A DNA stretch of 64,000 nucleotides from Felis catus (taxonomy: Eukaryota): positions 108,688,001 through 108,752,000 of the forward strand of contig NC_058368.1 in the NCBI RefSeq assembly GCF_018350175.1, written 5' to 3'. The translations under genes were made by a program, and so were the position numbers. Shown piece after piece: positions 25,765 to 38,869 of this stretch (its first letter is position 1; each line of letters begins with the position of its first letter). The notes beneath the pieces were generated by a model. That model made no database searches and was not told the origin of the DNA. It worked only from the letters and a program-made list of their open reading frames with translations.

Positions 25765-25985
25765 GGGGCACCTGGGTGACTCAGTCGGTTAAGCATCCAG
25801 CTCTTGGATTCAGCTCAGGTCATGATCTCACAGTTTGTGGGTTCACACCCCACATTGGGCTCTATGCTGAAAGTGTGGAGCATACTTGGGATTCTGTCTC
25901 TCTCCCTCCCCTCTCCTCCCCACCCCTTGCATGCCCCCTCTCAAAATAAATAAATAAACTTAAAAAAAAAGAAAAAAAGAAAAAA
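25765..25985 (+). mobile_element. Can-SINE
   Basis: ggggcacctgggtgactcag head, A tail, flanking agatgcct duplication. Confidence 0.9.
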
Positions 25986-26698
25986 GATGCCTGAGTTGAA
26001 CTCTGTATGATAAGTCAGCTTCAGGCTGATGAAGACAGCAAGGAGAAGGAGGAGTGGTTGCTATATGACCTGAGGAGAGGAGGGTGTTCTAGGTAGAAGC
26101 AACATGTGCCAAAGCACCTTCAGGGCATTATAAGTGTAGGCTGAAGCATATGGTATAGATGAAGAAGAAGAAAGCAATGGGGCTGGAGAGGTAGACTGGG
26201 GCCAAATTATAAAGGACCAAAGTAGGGAGTTTGGACATGATTCTTTAAACAATTTTTAAGCAACAAGAAACAGAATGGCTCTTTGGAAAGAGTACTCTGC
26301 TAAGAATAAATTGAACTGAGGTAAAAATGGAAGCTGGAAGACCAGCCAAGAGGCAAGACTGATGGTGATTTGAGCTATAACAGTTGGCTGTGGAGATGGA
26401 AATGAATTTGGGGGCTGGAAAGGACAGGACTTAGAATTTGTGTGGGTAAGTGGTAAAGAAAGAGAGATAATAAAAGTAAGAATGGTTCTAGGTTTCTACT
26501 TGAGCAGAGAAACTGGAGGAACGGAAACATGCTTTGGGGGAGGGAAGATCAAATGTTCATGTTCAAGTCTGAAATGCTTCTGGGAAAACCACGTGGTTTT
26601 TGGATACTGGAGAGTAGGTTACAAAAGGCAGGAGAACAAAAACGAGAGGGCACTCTTTCAGATGCTACTGTCCATATAAGAAGTGTTAATAGAATCAA

Positions 26699-26890
26699 GG
26701 TGCCTGGGTTGCTCAGTCAGTTAAGTGTCCAACTTCGGCTGAAGTCATGATCTCACAGTTCGTGGGTTCAAGCCCCCCACAGGACTATCTGCTGTCAACA
26801 CAGAGCCCACTTCAGATCTTCTGTCCCCTTCTCTCTCTGCCCTTCCCCTGTTCTCTCTCTCTCAAAAATAGAAAATAAACACTAAAAAAA
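26699..26890 (+). mobile_element. Can-SINE
   Basis: gtgcctgggttgctcagtcagttaag head, CT-rich body, A tail. Confidence 0.88.
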
Positions 26891-26934
26891 TCTGCTAATA
26901 AGATCAGTGGACACAACCAGGAAATGACTTATTT

Positions 26935-27700
26935 CAAAAATCAATTTATGAACCACTTCCCACCCATTAGAATAGCTATTATCCAAAAAACAGCAAATGA
27001 CACAAGTGTTGGCGAGGATGTGAAGAAATCTAAACCCTTGTGCACTGTTGATGGGAACATTAAATGGTGCAGCCACTGTGGAAAAGCAATATGGCAGTTC
27101 CTCAAAAAATTAAAAATAGAATTATCATATGACCCAGCAATTCCTCTTCTGGGTATATACCCAAAAGAATTGAAAGCAAGATCTGGAAAGAATTATTTGT
27201 ACATCCATGTTCATAGCAGCATTGTTCACAGTAGCTAAAATATGGAAGCAACCCAAATGTCCACTGACAGATGAATGGATAAGCGAAATGTGATTATATG
27301 CATACAATGGAATATTGTTCTCTCTAAATGGGAAGGTAATTCTGACCCATGCTACAACATGGATGAACCTTGAGGACATTATGCTAAGTGAAACAAGCCA
27401 GTCACAAAAAGATAAATATACTATGATTCCATTTACATGAAGTACTTAGAGTAGTCAAAGAGACAGAAAGTAAAATGGTGGTTGCCAGAGGCTGGAGTGG
27501 GTGGGGGGACTAAAAGTTACTGTTTAATGGATACAGAGTTTCAGTTTTATAAAATGAAAAGAGTTATGGAGATGGATGGTGGTGATGATTGTACATTACA
27601 AATACATCTAATACCACTAGACTGTGCACTTGAAAATGGTTAGGATGGTAAATTTTATGTTATACGTGCTTTACCACAATTTAAAAAATTGAAAAAAAAA
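26935..27700 (+). mobile_element. 5'-truncated older L1 (ORF2 C-terminus and 3'UTR)
   Basis: Translates WQFLKKLKIELSYDPAIPLLGIYPKELK; L1MA/MB-type 3'UTR. Confidence 0.9.
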
Positions 27701-29732
27701 CAGAGGATGCAAACAGTTGCAAGATGTTCAATATGTCAATGACTGTTTTCAAAACTTCTGATGTTAACAGTCTTGTGTCCTGGGAGGTGGGCATGTTGAG
27801 ATGGCAAAGAATTCTTTGCTCAGAAATCTCTGCATTATGTTCATTGGTTATTCAGATCAAAAACTCAATATACAAAGAAGAATCCTAAAATGGCTATATT
27901 TCCAATGTCTGGAAAAATCCTTAAAGAAACATTCTAACAAATTCTGGCATTTTTAAACCCAGGCTTATAATTCAAAAATGTGAAAGTTTTCAAATGAGCA
28001 CAGCATTAACAAGTCAGATTCACTTTGTTTTTAGACAGTTGTCCAAATGAAGGATTCACTTTTGCTATGAAAAGAATAGCATTTGAAGGGATTTGTGTAT
28101 GTAGGGAAAGGTGAGGAGGGGGTGTTAGGCCAACACTAGAGCAAGCTTTTTTGGTAGCTGCCTCCACTTGACTTCACATACTGAAAGGATCTCTACTTGC
28201 ATATCCAATATAAATAGCTGGAAATCTGAGGCTGTTGGCTAAAAAGGGGTCTTGTCACATGCTTCAAGATTAGTAAAGGCTCTTGTAAAAAATGTCTGTT
28301 GGAAAACTGTCTCAGTGTTCCTGATATTCAAAGAAGCAAAGATTTGGGAAGAAACAGGTCTGCCATGTTTTGTACCCTCTGGATATACTTTCCCCCCTAA
28401 TTTGTTTTTATTAAACAGAAACCATTCCAGAGGACTCCAAATTCCCTGGAAACAGGTCCCAAAGGAGACATTTTCAGACACAGTGCACTGAGAAGTAGGG
28501 CTCCTGTGGAGGTCACTGCTCGGGGTGGTGCAGAGGTGGAGGTAGGTGCAGCCGGGGTGGCGGGGGGGGGGATGTAGCTGGAGAGAGGCAGAGGTGGGTG
28601 GAGGTGGGTGGAGGTGGGATTAAGGGAAGTGGTTGGGTTGGGGGGGCAGGGAGGAGAAAGGCTCTCGTTCAAGCCCCAACCCCATCAGAGCTACCACTGA
28701 TCTATGTTTGGTGCAAGCTTCACTTTCAGATAAGATGCCATCTAAGCTCTGCTACTTACAGAAGTTTGGAAATCACCATTTGACAACAAAAGTAATTAAC
28801 TTGAAGAAAATAGGAACACAATCTAAGCCATACTTTAATCTTTGATACTGTGATTTAACTTAGTAACTCATGTTCACTGTCATAAGATGAAAAGCTGAAA
28901 ACTGACAATGCTAATTTCCTTTTTTTTTTTTTTTTTGAAGTTCTCTTCTGATAGAAATGACATCATGTAAAGACTTTTGGTAAGTGCAAATGATCTATTC
29001 ACCTTCTTTTGTAAATGAAATTAATAATACAATGGTAAAAGGAGAAGCAAATGCCAAGATATGATATCTGCCGTGTCCCTGGAGCCTGGGTTTCAGCTCA
29101 TCTTAGCTCCTAAAACCAACATGGAGAACACTGTGTAATTGGGACAAGAGTGCATGTTCAGTACAGGGACTTGGGGTGAGCACCTTTGAAAATCTAGCAA
29201 TGACAAGCAGAAGCTACAAACAATCAACTACAGGGCAGACGAATTACACAGGGAGAGCTACCTAAAGCTATTTAGATGCTATATAGACTATAAAAGAAAA
29301 CATTATCTTAGGAACGAAGGACTGAATCAACAGGTAGATTTGCCAGCAAACCTAGAGGCCGATGGGGGCATCTGCAGTTCGGTGTGGCTCCCTACAAAAT
29401 AGTATTTGGTGATACTCCCTCTGTTTGAGGACAGGGAGTATCACTAAATACAGCCTTGCAGGAAGCCAAGGGATGTGGCACCTGGCTCACCTTTAACTCC
29501 CTTAGTTAGTAGATTAGGGGCTTGCTGCCAGGCTGCCAGTTCCTGTTCCAGTCTGACCTGCAGCTCTGGGTCTATTTTAATTCTTCCATGAAAATACCGA
29601 CACAGACTGCCTGAGTGACTAAAAGTCCAGTTAAGTGGGGAAAAAATGGGTCAAATCAGTTTTTTAACTAATACTAACCTTAACTGTGGGTCCCAAATGT
29701 ATAGTATTTTTTTAGAAGCAAACCAATGATAA

Positions 29733-29952
29733 GGGGCACCTGGGTGGCTCAGTCGGTTAAGTATCCAACTTCAGCTCAGGTCATGATCTCACGGTTCATG
29801 GGTTCGAGCCCCACGTCGGGCTCTGTGCTGACAGCTTGGGGCTTGGAGCCTGCTTCGGATTCTATGTCTCCCTCTCTCTCTGCCCCTCCCCACTCAGGCT
29901 CTGTCGCTCTGTCTCTCTCTCTCAAATGTAAATAAACATTAAAAAAATTTTT
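29733..29952 (+). mobile_element. Can-SINE
   Basis: Full-length; flanking aatgataa duplication. Confidence 0.93.
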
Positions 29953-31448
29953 AATGATAAATGATAAAACAAATTTTCATTTTCTATAAATAATTACATA
30001 TTTTCTAATAAAACCAAACTGTTGATTTGTAAAGGGATTTGCTCTCCCTTTATGCCTAACACAACATGAAACTCATTTTCCAATTTGTAATAAGCAAAAT
30101 TTTTCTTAAGGAAGGAAGGAGATGCTTAATGTTAGCTTCCTTTCTGAAACTACACTCTTGTCACTGAAAAGTGATTCTACAGGGTTTTTTAAAATTTAGA
30201 AATATTGTAACATTTAAATATTGTACTGGAATAAAATACTTCAAAAGCGTCAATTTGTGCCAACTCATTAAAGCACAAAACTTCCCATAATTTTGAAGAA
30301 ACATGGTATTTAAGCTTTTAAATGGTATTAGTGAATGAAACACATAATATTGCTTGGAGATAATAAACACAGAGTGAATAATTTAGGACAGAAGAGATAA
30401 AGTAAAAAAAATTAATTAGGGAAATGCTCAATTCAATTTTTTTTCCTGATTTAAAGTCAAATTGGTTAGGTAAGTATTCATTTCAGTGACAGGAAATACA
30501 ATAACATATTTTGAATGACAGTGAAAACACCAGAATTTGGAAAATCTATCTATCAAGTGTCAAAGTTCACTTTGCATCATCTATACAAACTCATAAGGCA
30601 TATAAGTGTTAATAAAATGGTTATATCATTGTTAGATGTGCTCAGAAACTTCCCAGGCACCTACATTTTTAATTACTGATAGAGTTATTTTAAATGCTTC
30701 CTATCTACTCATTAAAATATATCTTCCAAAGATCTCCTTAAATTAATAATAATTGGTCTCATTCTAGGAATTGTTTTTGAAAATTAAATTACATTAATTT
30801 TTAATCTAATTCAAATGTTAATTCAGATCAACCCTGCCCAGTAAGCCTGAACTCCTAAAGCTTTTGGTGAATGATTTAAGCCTTAGGCTTGGTTGTCTAT
30901 TTGTGTGGTTTTCAAAAAAATTAGTGTTAAGCCTTAACTGATCACTCATTTTTGAGGAAAAAGGAAAAGGACAAGCTGACCATGAATCGTAGATTAACTG
31001 AAAGAATTTATACTGATCTTTGGAACACAACTGGGAGCACACATCCTCCTCAGGCATGAAGGCCTGGTTTTTGCTCTCCTGTGGTCAGCTGAGGTTACAC
31101 ACTGGTTGTGGAGGGGAAGATGCACACAGACAAAGAGGAGAAGGAGGACAGAGAAAATGAAGAGGTGACACTGTTGGCAATAAAACTCAGGCCTTTGGGA
31201 TACCCACATGACTTCCCTGTATTTGAAGTTACCATGGTGAGGGCAGATTATTAGAGCAGAAACTGCTTAAGGAATATGGGAAGACAAGAACACATCTCCT
31301 CTCAATAAAGCTCTAATCTGAGCAATGGTTAACATCTGAAACCTAACCAAAGGTCCCCTTTCAGCATAATCTTAAAAGTTGACAATCCATGAATAAGAAT
31401 CTAACTGTTAAGACTCTCAAGTCCTGGGGCAGGTCATGCATCCCAAGC

Positions 31449-31462
31449 CCAGCAGGGGGCGT
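31449..31462 (+). promoter_or_regulatory. Candidate CTCF-binding motif
   Basis: CCAGCAGGGGGCGT matches the core CCASYAGRKGGCRS at 13 of 14 positions. Confidence 0.5.
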
Positions 31463-32783
31463 GCTGGCCTCGGAAATCACAAAGGTAGTGGCCAGAACTA
31501 ATCCCCTTAGGCAGTGCATCCCCAGGGCCCTTATAGCTCCCCATTCAGACCGACACGTAGGCCCAGAACAAATGGGTTGTGGACCACCCATATGTGGCCC
31601 CTGCTCTACATCATCATATGATCCAGTCACACAGCTCCCCTTAATGGAAGGAAACGGAAGTCCATCCTAGCAAATTTAGAAATTGAAATAATTATGCCAG
31701 AAATATCTTGCCTGAGTGCCTCCGATTTTATAATTTTTTTTAATGAAGATTTATTCATACAAACCTTTTATACCTTACATACTGACAGATGAGGGTAATG
31801 GGTGTTTCTCAAACTTGATTTATATAAAGATCCATTTCAAAAGAAAACAATTCTGAAACTACGCTGAGATTTCATCAGTTTGAAACTTAAGAAATTAAAG
31901 TCTGATTCTGCAGAAATGGTTTTTGATTGCAAATACTTGCCATTAGAGTTTTATATTGGAAACTGACTTAAAAATGTTTTCAGGTTTTCATTAAAATGAA
32001 CATACAAAACTCCAAATTCTCACAACCCGTCCAGATCCCTAACACTGTATTTGGGAACCCTATTGGAGAAATATAATTTTATTAAAAATTATTATGTTAA
32101 AGACATCCTGGGAATTTTTTTAAAATTCAGAATATTAATATTTCTCTACTTGACAAATTTTTCTCTTTAGATTTTTTGACTAGAGAGGATGTATAAATGG
32201 TGTAGGTGAGTAGGACCAAGCTTGCATTGTTTAGGAACTCAGTTACAGTAAGAACCCCAAACCTGCAAAGACAGAGTCTTAGAGTATTGCTTGTTGTCTC
32301 ATCTCCCAGCATATTCTATGTTTCCTCCCCTTTGTGGTAGACACGCTGGGCTGACAGATCATGGGCCCAAGAAACATGATCTTTCCAATGTCCTAACAAC
32401 TAAGTTTGCCTGCCACAGGCAAGAAGACAGTCTCCATAAAAATAAAAATAAGAACTCGGGTCTTAAGTATTGCAGGCAGCGTGGAGACAGGCCAACCATG
32501 TGTGCACATACTCGGCTAGTGACAGTGAGGGTAATATTTCAGCTTTACCAATGCCTGTGATCAGGAGGACAGCAAGTGCAGTCTCATATGACCTATTTTA
32601 GCTCAGGATAGAGGCTGCCACAGAGTTGGCGTGGAACAGGCCTTCAGGGGTCTGTCGGTACATAGCCTGCCCACGGGCTGCAGCATGGAGGGTGGAGAAT
32701 CTAGGTCAGGGTCACCATGGGCTGGTTTAATCTTTGTCACTGCACAAAGGGCTATAACAAGGTATGGGGAAGGTAATAGTTAC

Positions 32784-32855
32784 CTGTTCGAACGAATGGA
32801 GTCCACTCTCTTTTCCTAACCTCACCATATCTTCCAAAATGGCTTTTTTCAGCTC
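32784..32855 (-). CDS. ACSL6: ACSL6 penultimate exon (ELKKAILEDMVRLGKESGLHSFEQ)
   Basis: ttcag acceptor, gtaact donor, 72 nt, phase 0/0. Confidence 0.96.
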
Positions 32856-33782
32856 CTGAATTGAACCGTATAGGAAAAATTACAAGGCAAAAACACATTT
32901 CAAAATGGAGGTACAGGAAACAACGAGTTTTGAGCAAAATGCAGCTGATGGTTGTGCCAACACCCACCCCAATCCCCACCCCCCTCACTGGGGCTGATGC
33001 TCCAGGCCACACACAGCCACCACCTCTCATCAGGCAAGTAAGTGCCAGGCACAGCCAGAGGAGTGGCCATGAACAGACTAGGGGACCATCCATTTTTTAA
33101 GGTGGCTCTTTGTTCAGCCTACTGAGTCCCAGGGATCCTGTCACTGCCAGAAGAGCCCAGGACCCAGTGGGAGCACTAGGATCAATGGATGCTGCTGAAA
33201 AATGGGCCATGAGCCTGGAGGAGATGATGCTGAGCCAGAGCACAGAGATCTCAGAGCACAGGGATCTCTTCTCTAGGACCCTACATGTGCCCAAGAGGCT
33301 TCGGGAAGGTGTGAGTGGTAAAGCTCTAAGCAGGAAGAACTGAGTTACTTTTTCAATTCCATGACTGACTAAGCCCAGTGCACACAAAAGCCACCTCACA
33401 TTTGGAGAGAGTAAGGCCAATGAGTTAGAAGGCCTACAGTCACACTGGATACTGCTGCTAAGCAGCTCTATCAACAACTGTGTGGCCTCTGGTAAACCCC
33501 CTCTCTCTCTGGACTCTCCTGCAAGCTGCAAAATGGCAGGGTGGGACAAGCCTCCTGGGATGTCTCCCAGCTCTAAAATTCAACAGCTTATCCAACTCTC
33601 TAAGAAGAAATCTGCATTTTTTTCAACAACAATAATGAAAAGATGAACCTCTAGTTTAGGATTTCTACCATTTATAAAGTCAAGTCAGAAATTTCCCTAC
33701 ATGTTCAAAATCCACTGCTTTCCTGTGTTTCTGTCCTCCCGTTATACAGTAACATAAGAGGTCCAGCAGCCAAGGTACAGAC

Positions 33783-33884
33783 CTTATTTGCACAGAGCTC
33801 TGCATATGACCCTTCAATTCCTCTCTTCTGAGCCCAAGAGGGCATGACTTCAGGGTCAGGCACAACAATGCCCACCAAATAGGC
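33783..33884 (-). CDS. ACSL6: ACSL6 exon (AYLVGIVVPDPEVMPSWAQKRGIEGSYAELCANK)
   Basis: ttgcag acceptor, gtctgt donor, 102 nt, phase 0/0. Confidence 0.96.
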
Positions 33885-34084
33885 CTGCAATCCCAACCAA
33901 AGGAAAACACAGTCATTACAAATGCTTTCAAAGTGGTTATTTGTGGTCCAGCATTAAAAATAATCTCTTGGTATTCTCAAATTCCACCCTTTTCTAAAAA
34001 TAAGTACATCCTTATGTTATGATATATTTCCATCAAAACAACACACATCTTGACTATTTTCTGATATATTTCCTTTTTAAAAAT

Positions 34085-34533
34085 TTTTTCTTTTTAATGT
34101 TTATTTAGAGAGAGAGAGAGCTGGGGGGACCGGGAGGGAGAGGGACAGAGAGAGACAGGGGAGAGAGAGGAGTCAAAGCTGGCTGTGAGCTGACACCAGA
34201 GAGCCTGATGTGGGTCTTGAACTCACTAACTGTGACTTCATGACCTGAATTGAAGTCTGATGCCCAACCGACTGAGCCACCCAGGTGCCCCACTTAAGTT
34301 TTTTTAAAAAGTTAATAAAGGATAAGCTTAATGTGATTAAGAATCAGTAAAGTTAGACCTACATGTATCTGATTCTCATGCCAATCTTTTTTCTTTTTTT
34401 TGAGAGGGAGAGAGAAAGAGAGAGAGAGAACAGTGGAGGGGCAGAGAGAGAGGAGAGAGAGAATCTCAAGGGGGCTCCATGCTGTCAGCACAGAGACTAA
34501 TGCAAAGCTTGAATTCACGAACCGTGAGATCAT
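34085..34533 (-). mobile_element. Two Can-SINEs (34085-34291 full-length; 34385-34533 5'-truncated)
   Basis: Reverse-complement SINE bodies with GA repeats and T tails. Confidence 0.88.
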
Positions 34534-35143
34534 TTCATGCTCATCTTAAATGAGAACACCTTTAGGATGCCATTCAAAAATTTCTATGAACCAAAACACA
34601 TGTATTTCTCAGGGTTTCTCACCAGTTTGAAAATGTTTTATTGATATGGTCCCCAGTCATGAAGAATTCCATTTTAATTTTTAAGGGCATTGTCTTAAAA
34701 AATAATTTAATAATAGTTGTTTATATAAATGCAATGATAGCACAGAATATGTTCACAGTGATCTTGCTGACTTCAAGTGTAAATGATGCTGAAAGGAAAA
34801 TAAATATAAATCTTCTGCAAATAATTTAATCCAAAACTATGTTAACATAATAGTTTAATATACTGAACCAATATATTAAGCTATGTTATCATCATTACCA
34901 TTATTTGCAATACTGTACCCATTTGTCTGTAAAGTTCATTTGCATATTTCAAAATCTAAACAGCAGAAACCCTGAATCCTGCTTTGGTATCTTACCTCAA
35001 AATCCCTCTTGGAAGTAGGTGGAGCCTAAGTTAAAAGTAATGGGAATGTTCACTACTACTATTTCAAGCAACTTATTTACCTAATTGCAATTTATCAAAC
35101 TATAAGCAAGTAAGATTTCTCCTTTAAAAGCAATTTTCTCTCA

Positions 35144-35478
35144 GGGCACTTGGGTGTCTCAGTTGGTTAATCAACCAACTGTTGATTTCAGCTCAGGTCA
35201 TGATCTTGTGGTTCATGGGATGGAGCCCCATGTTGGGCTCTGCACTGACAGCGAAAAGCCTGCTTGGGTTTCTCTTTCCCTCTTTGCCCTTCCCCTGATC
35301 TCTCACTCTCAAAATAAATAAATAAACATCTTAAAAAAGCAATTATGGGGCACCTGTGTGGCTCAGTCAGTTCAGCATACAACTTCAGTTCAGGTCATGA
35401 TCTCACATTTCTCTGCCTCTCTCCAGCTCATGTTCTCTCTCTCAAAAATGAATAAACATTTATTTTTTTTTTAAAAAA
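35144..35478 (+). mobile_element. Tandem pair of Can-SINEs (second internally deleted)
   Basis: SINE heads at about 35144 and 35347; outer duplication aattttctctca. Confidence 0.88.
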
Positions 35479-35645
35479 GAATTTTCTCTCATGATCTAAT
35501 ACGTAGGAGAATATCAGTGTCTGACTGGAAATTAATGTTTACCACTGTAATCAAGTACCAAAGATTTATGAAATTATTCCCAAATAACTCTAGATTTTCC
35601 AGCAGGCCCAGTACACACGGAAGGGCTGAAGCACAGGAGACTCAC

Positions 35646-35789
35646 CTTTAAGCTGTTCCCGTGAACAAAGATTTGTGCCACAGGCTCACTCCGTATGTAG
35701 ATGTTCTCAATCTTCTCGGGTGCAATATATTCGCCCTGAGCAAGTTTAAATATGTGCTTTTTCCGATCAATAATTTTAAGAGTTCCTGC
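35646..35789 (-). CDS. ACSL6: ACSL6 exon ([48 protein letters not shown])
   Basis: ccacag acceptor, gtgagt donor, 144 nt; [18 protein letters not shown] signature. Confidence 0.97.
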
Positions 35790-38752
35790 CTGTGGAGTTG
35801 GACAAACAGCTTCGTGAAAAGATAGCATTCTTGAGCCTAAACCCCTGACTCAATGGTGCCATAGGCCCTCACCCCTGTGCCATCCCACCCTGCAAACCCC
35901 ACCTGGATCTGCTCCTTCATCTGAGGTCTCTGCTCTTACATGTCCCCTGTGTGACTGGAGAGGGCCACCCTGCACCACAGGTTGATGCTTTTCAAGATCT
36001 GCTGGACCCTGAGTGCCCACCCTCAGCACTTACCTCCCTCCCCCAACTCTCTGTTCCCATGCCTGCCACCCTCATGCCCAACAACAGGTGTCCCCATCCT
36101 CAGGAGGCCCATCTACCTGTATCCTGGCTCCCCTCTCACCCAGGCCCTTGCTCCAACTGTCCCTTTTCTCACCACCATCTTCAGATTCACTCCTTCAAAC
36201 AAAGCCTAGGCTTCTGTGCCCAGTTACTGCCTCTACTCCCAAAGAGTGGCCTCTCCCTTGCCCAGCATACAGCACAGCCTGGTAGAGGCTCCTACCTGAC
36301 AGACAAGATGCATCAGGAGTCCTCACCATTCCAGGGCCTCTGCAGCAGGCAGGCCACCCCTTGGTCAGTGAGTGCTTGTGACCCTGGCTTCTAGAACCCC
36401 TCTTCCCCCCACCTCACTGACTCTATTCAACCTCTTTGAGTTTCTCAGGTGAAGAGGTAGGTCTCTTTCCTTGGCTCAACCCTCCTTACCTCCACTGACA
36501 ATGTTACTTGAAATAACCCCCATTTATTTCTTCATTCATTGGCCATTCCCACTTCTGCCTAACCATCCAGCCAAACTTCTTCACTGAATTGCAGGCCCAG
36601 AACCTAACACTCAGAACGCTTCAGAAACCAGACCATTTGCCCTGCACATTACAAACAGGCCACTAAGGAAGCCCATCTCTGTCTTCCTCATGCCTGTCCC
36701 GGCCCCCATGCCCCAAACTTGGGAGATGGCCTTGCTATTTGCCTCTCCTGGGACTTCTAACCGTCAGGCTCATTGTCCTCAATCATAAATCCCTCTCACA
36801 CCCCCTCCTTCTCCCATCAAAACCACTTCCTGGCCGGGCTTCTGCATACACTCTGTCCCTCCCCTCTGTTTGATTAGCCAAAGCAGAGCAATCTCTCCAG
36901 AAAAGAAAAAACCAACCGATTCTGTGTCGTTCAAAACCCAGGCTGGACCTTGGGCACTTTCCCTACACTGGTTTCTTTGGCCCTCCTGGCATCCCCTCAG
37001 CTGGTTGTCATCACCTCCATTTTACAGATGATGAAAGTGAGGATGAGAGAGGTTAGTTAATTCCTCCAAAGTCACACAGCTTGAAAGTAGGGAAACCAGG
37101 ATTTGAATTAAGTCTTTCTGCATCAGAAGTTTACCTCTTTTCTTTAATCTATCTAATACTATTTCAAAACAATAATAATTTTTAAAAAATGGACTCCTCC
37201 AGACCGCCTGCCTGCTGTCTTAGGCTCTTAGTGGAATCACAACACTACGTCTCCACATGAATTAGTTTACTTGCTTCTTATAACACCCTGCAAGGTGGGT
37301 GCTTGCATCCAAATTATAGGGAGTCAGGAGCAGATCCAAGGTTCTGTGGAGCTTCAAGCAGTTTCCATACTTGAGGGTCCTCCTTCTTTCAGAAAAATAA
37401 GATGAAACGAAGGGCAGAGGCTTGGAAGTTACCTTTGTAAGTGAGGGGCCCTGAGCCCAAGCTTCCTGAGCTGATGGGTCAATCGCCCCTTAGCTGGCCT
37501 GCAGGACCCTGCTGCCTCTCTGGGCCCCCTCCTCCACACCTGGGGGGCCTCAGTTAGAATCACCTACCTCACACCTCCAGTGTCTCTCTACTCAGCATGC
37601 GCTCTTACTTCTGCTCTGACCGCCCTCACTCTCTCCTCTCTCCTCAGAACATGACTCACATCCGAAGACTCCAGCAGGTGCTTGTCCTCCTCTGCCTCTC
37701 CCCAGGTGAGCATGGCCCTCAGCTTATGCCCATCATATTGGCCTGTGAACTGTCTAAAGATGCGTCTTTCCTCTGAGCAGAGTCCCTGGCCCAGGGTACA
37801 TATACGGTATACTTCCATGTCTGCTACAGGAATGAGGGTTTCTCAATTCAAGCAGGGGCAAATCGGCTCACCAGCCCAGAGGACCACTGCAGGGCTCAGC
37901 ATCATTCATGTGCCCAACAAACTCGTTTCTGAATGGTCACCCTAAACCTTAGCAACTTCCCAAAGACACAGGGGAGATTTGTGGGGTGGGCTGCATCAGG
38001 GGAGAGGCTCTTGGTTCCAGTGACAGAGACTTTTCCTGGTCACAGTTTTTATCTAAATACGTCCCGTGCACCAGGCATTGTATTAACTGCTCTGCAGGTG
38101 TAACTCATTTGTTCCTCACAACAACCGTAGAGGTAAGCAGTGTCATTATCCCCACTTTACAAATGCCAGAATGAGGCCCAACAACTGGGTCTGGCTGCGT
38201 CACAGCCAAAGAATGTCATGTAGCCTTACTCTTTTACTCCACAAAAAAGTCTGTGGCCCCAGAGAGGGATGAGACTTCGGGAAAAGGCCTCAGAGCAACT
38301 GCTGACGGAGCCAAAGGAACTCAGATACCCTCCCACCCAGTTCCAAGCTTTTCTCACTGCTCTTGGCTAGGGGCCAGCATCTGTGGGCTCCTGGGCCCTG
38401 CCTTTCTCAGACCTCCCAGGGCTATGAACTCCCTGTGTCTTGCACTCCACCCACTGGATTCCACAGCACTGTCTGATCTGTATCAGAGAAAGAGATAAGG
38501 TAGGGAGTGGATCTTAAACTCCAGCTCTACCCTCCCATAAAGATCTCTATCCCCTTTATCAGGAGGATGGACAAGAAAGCTTTTGGGGGCAAGGTAAGGA
38601 AGAACCTCCCAATCCCCGAATGGCTAATTCAGTTCCTGAATGGCTAATTGTCAGGGCAGGTAAGGAGAAGACTTTTGCCTCTGAAGTGAACCAGATTACA
38701 CACCCTCGCACCACCAGCATGTATGAGGAGCCATGGTTGCAAACATACGCAC

Positions 38753-38869
38753 CGGCAGCCATTTCCCAATGTCTCCAGTATGAAGCCAGCCGTCACTGTC
38801 CAGGGCCTCTTTTGTCCTGTCTGGATCTTTCAAGTAACCTTTGAACACATTTGGTCCTCTCACACATAT
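38753..38869 (-). CDS. ACSL6: ACSL6 exon ([39 protein letters not shown])
   Basis: ccacag acceptor, gtgcgt donor, 117 nt; [10 protein letters not shown] signature. Confidence 0.97.

Noticed and set aside
29356..29372. ggccgatgggggcatc as a CTCF site
   Set aside because: Spacing and core bases deviate too far from the consensus
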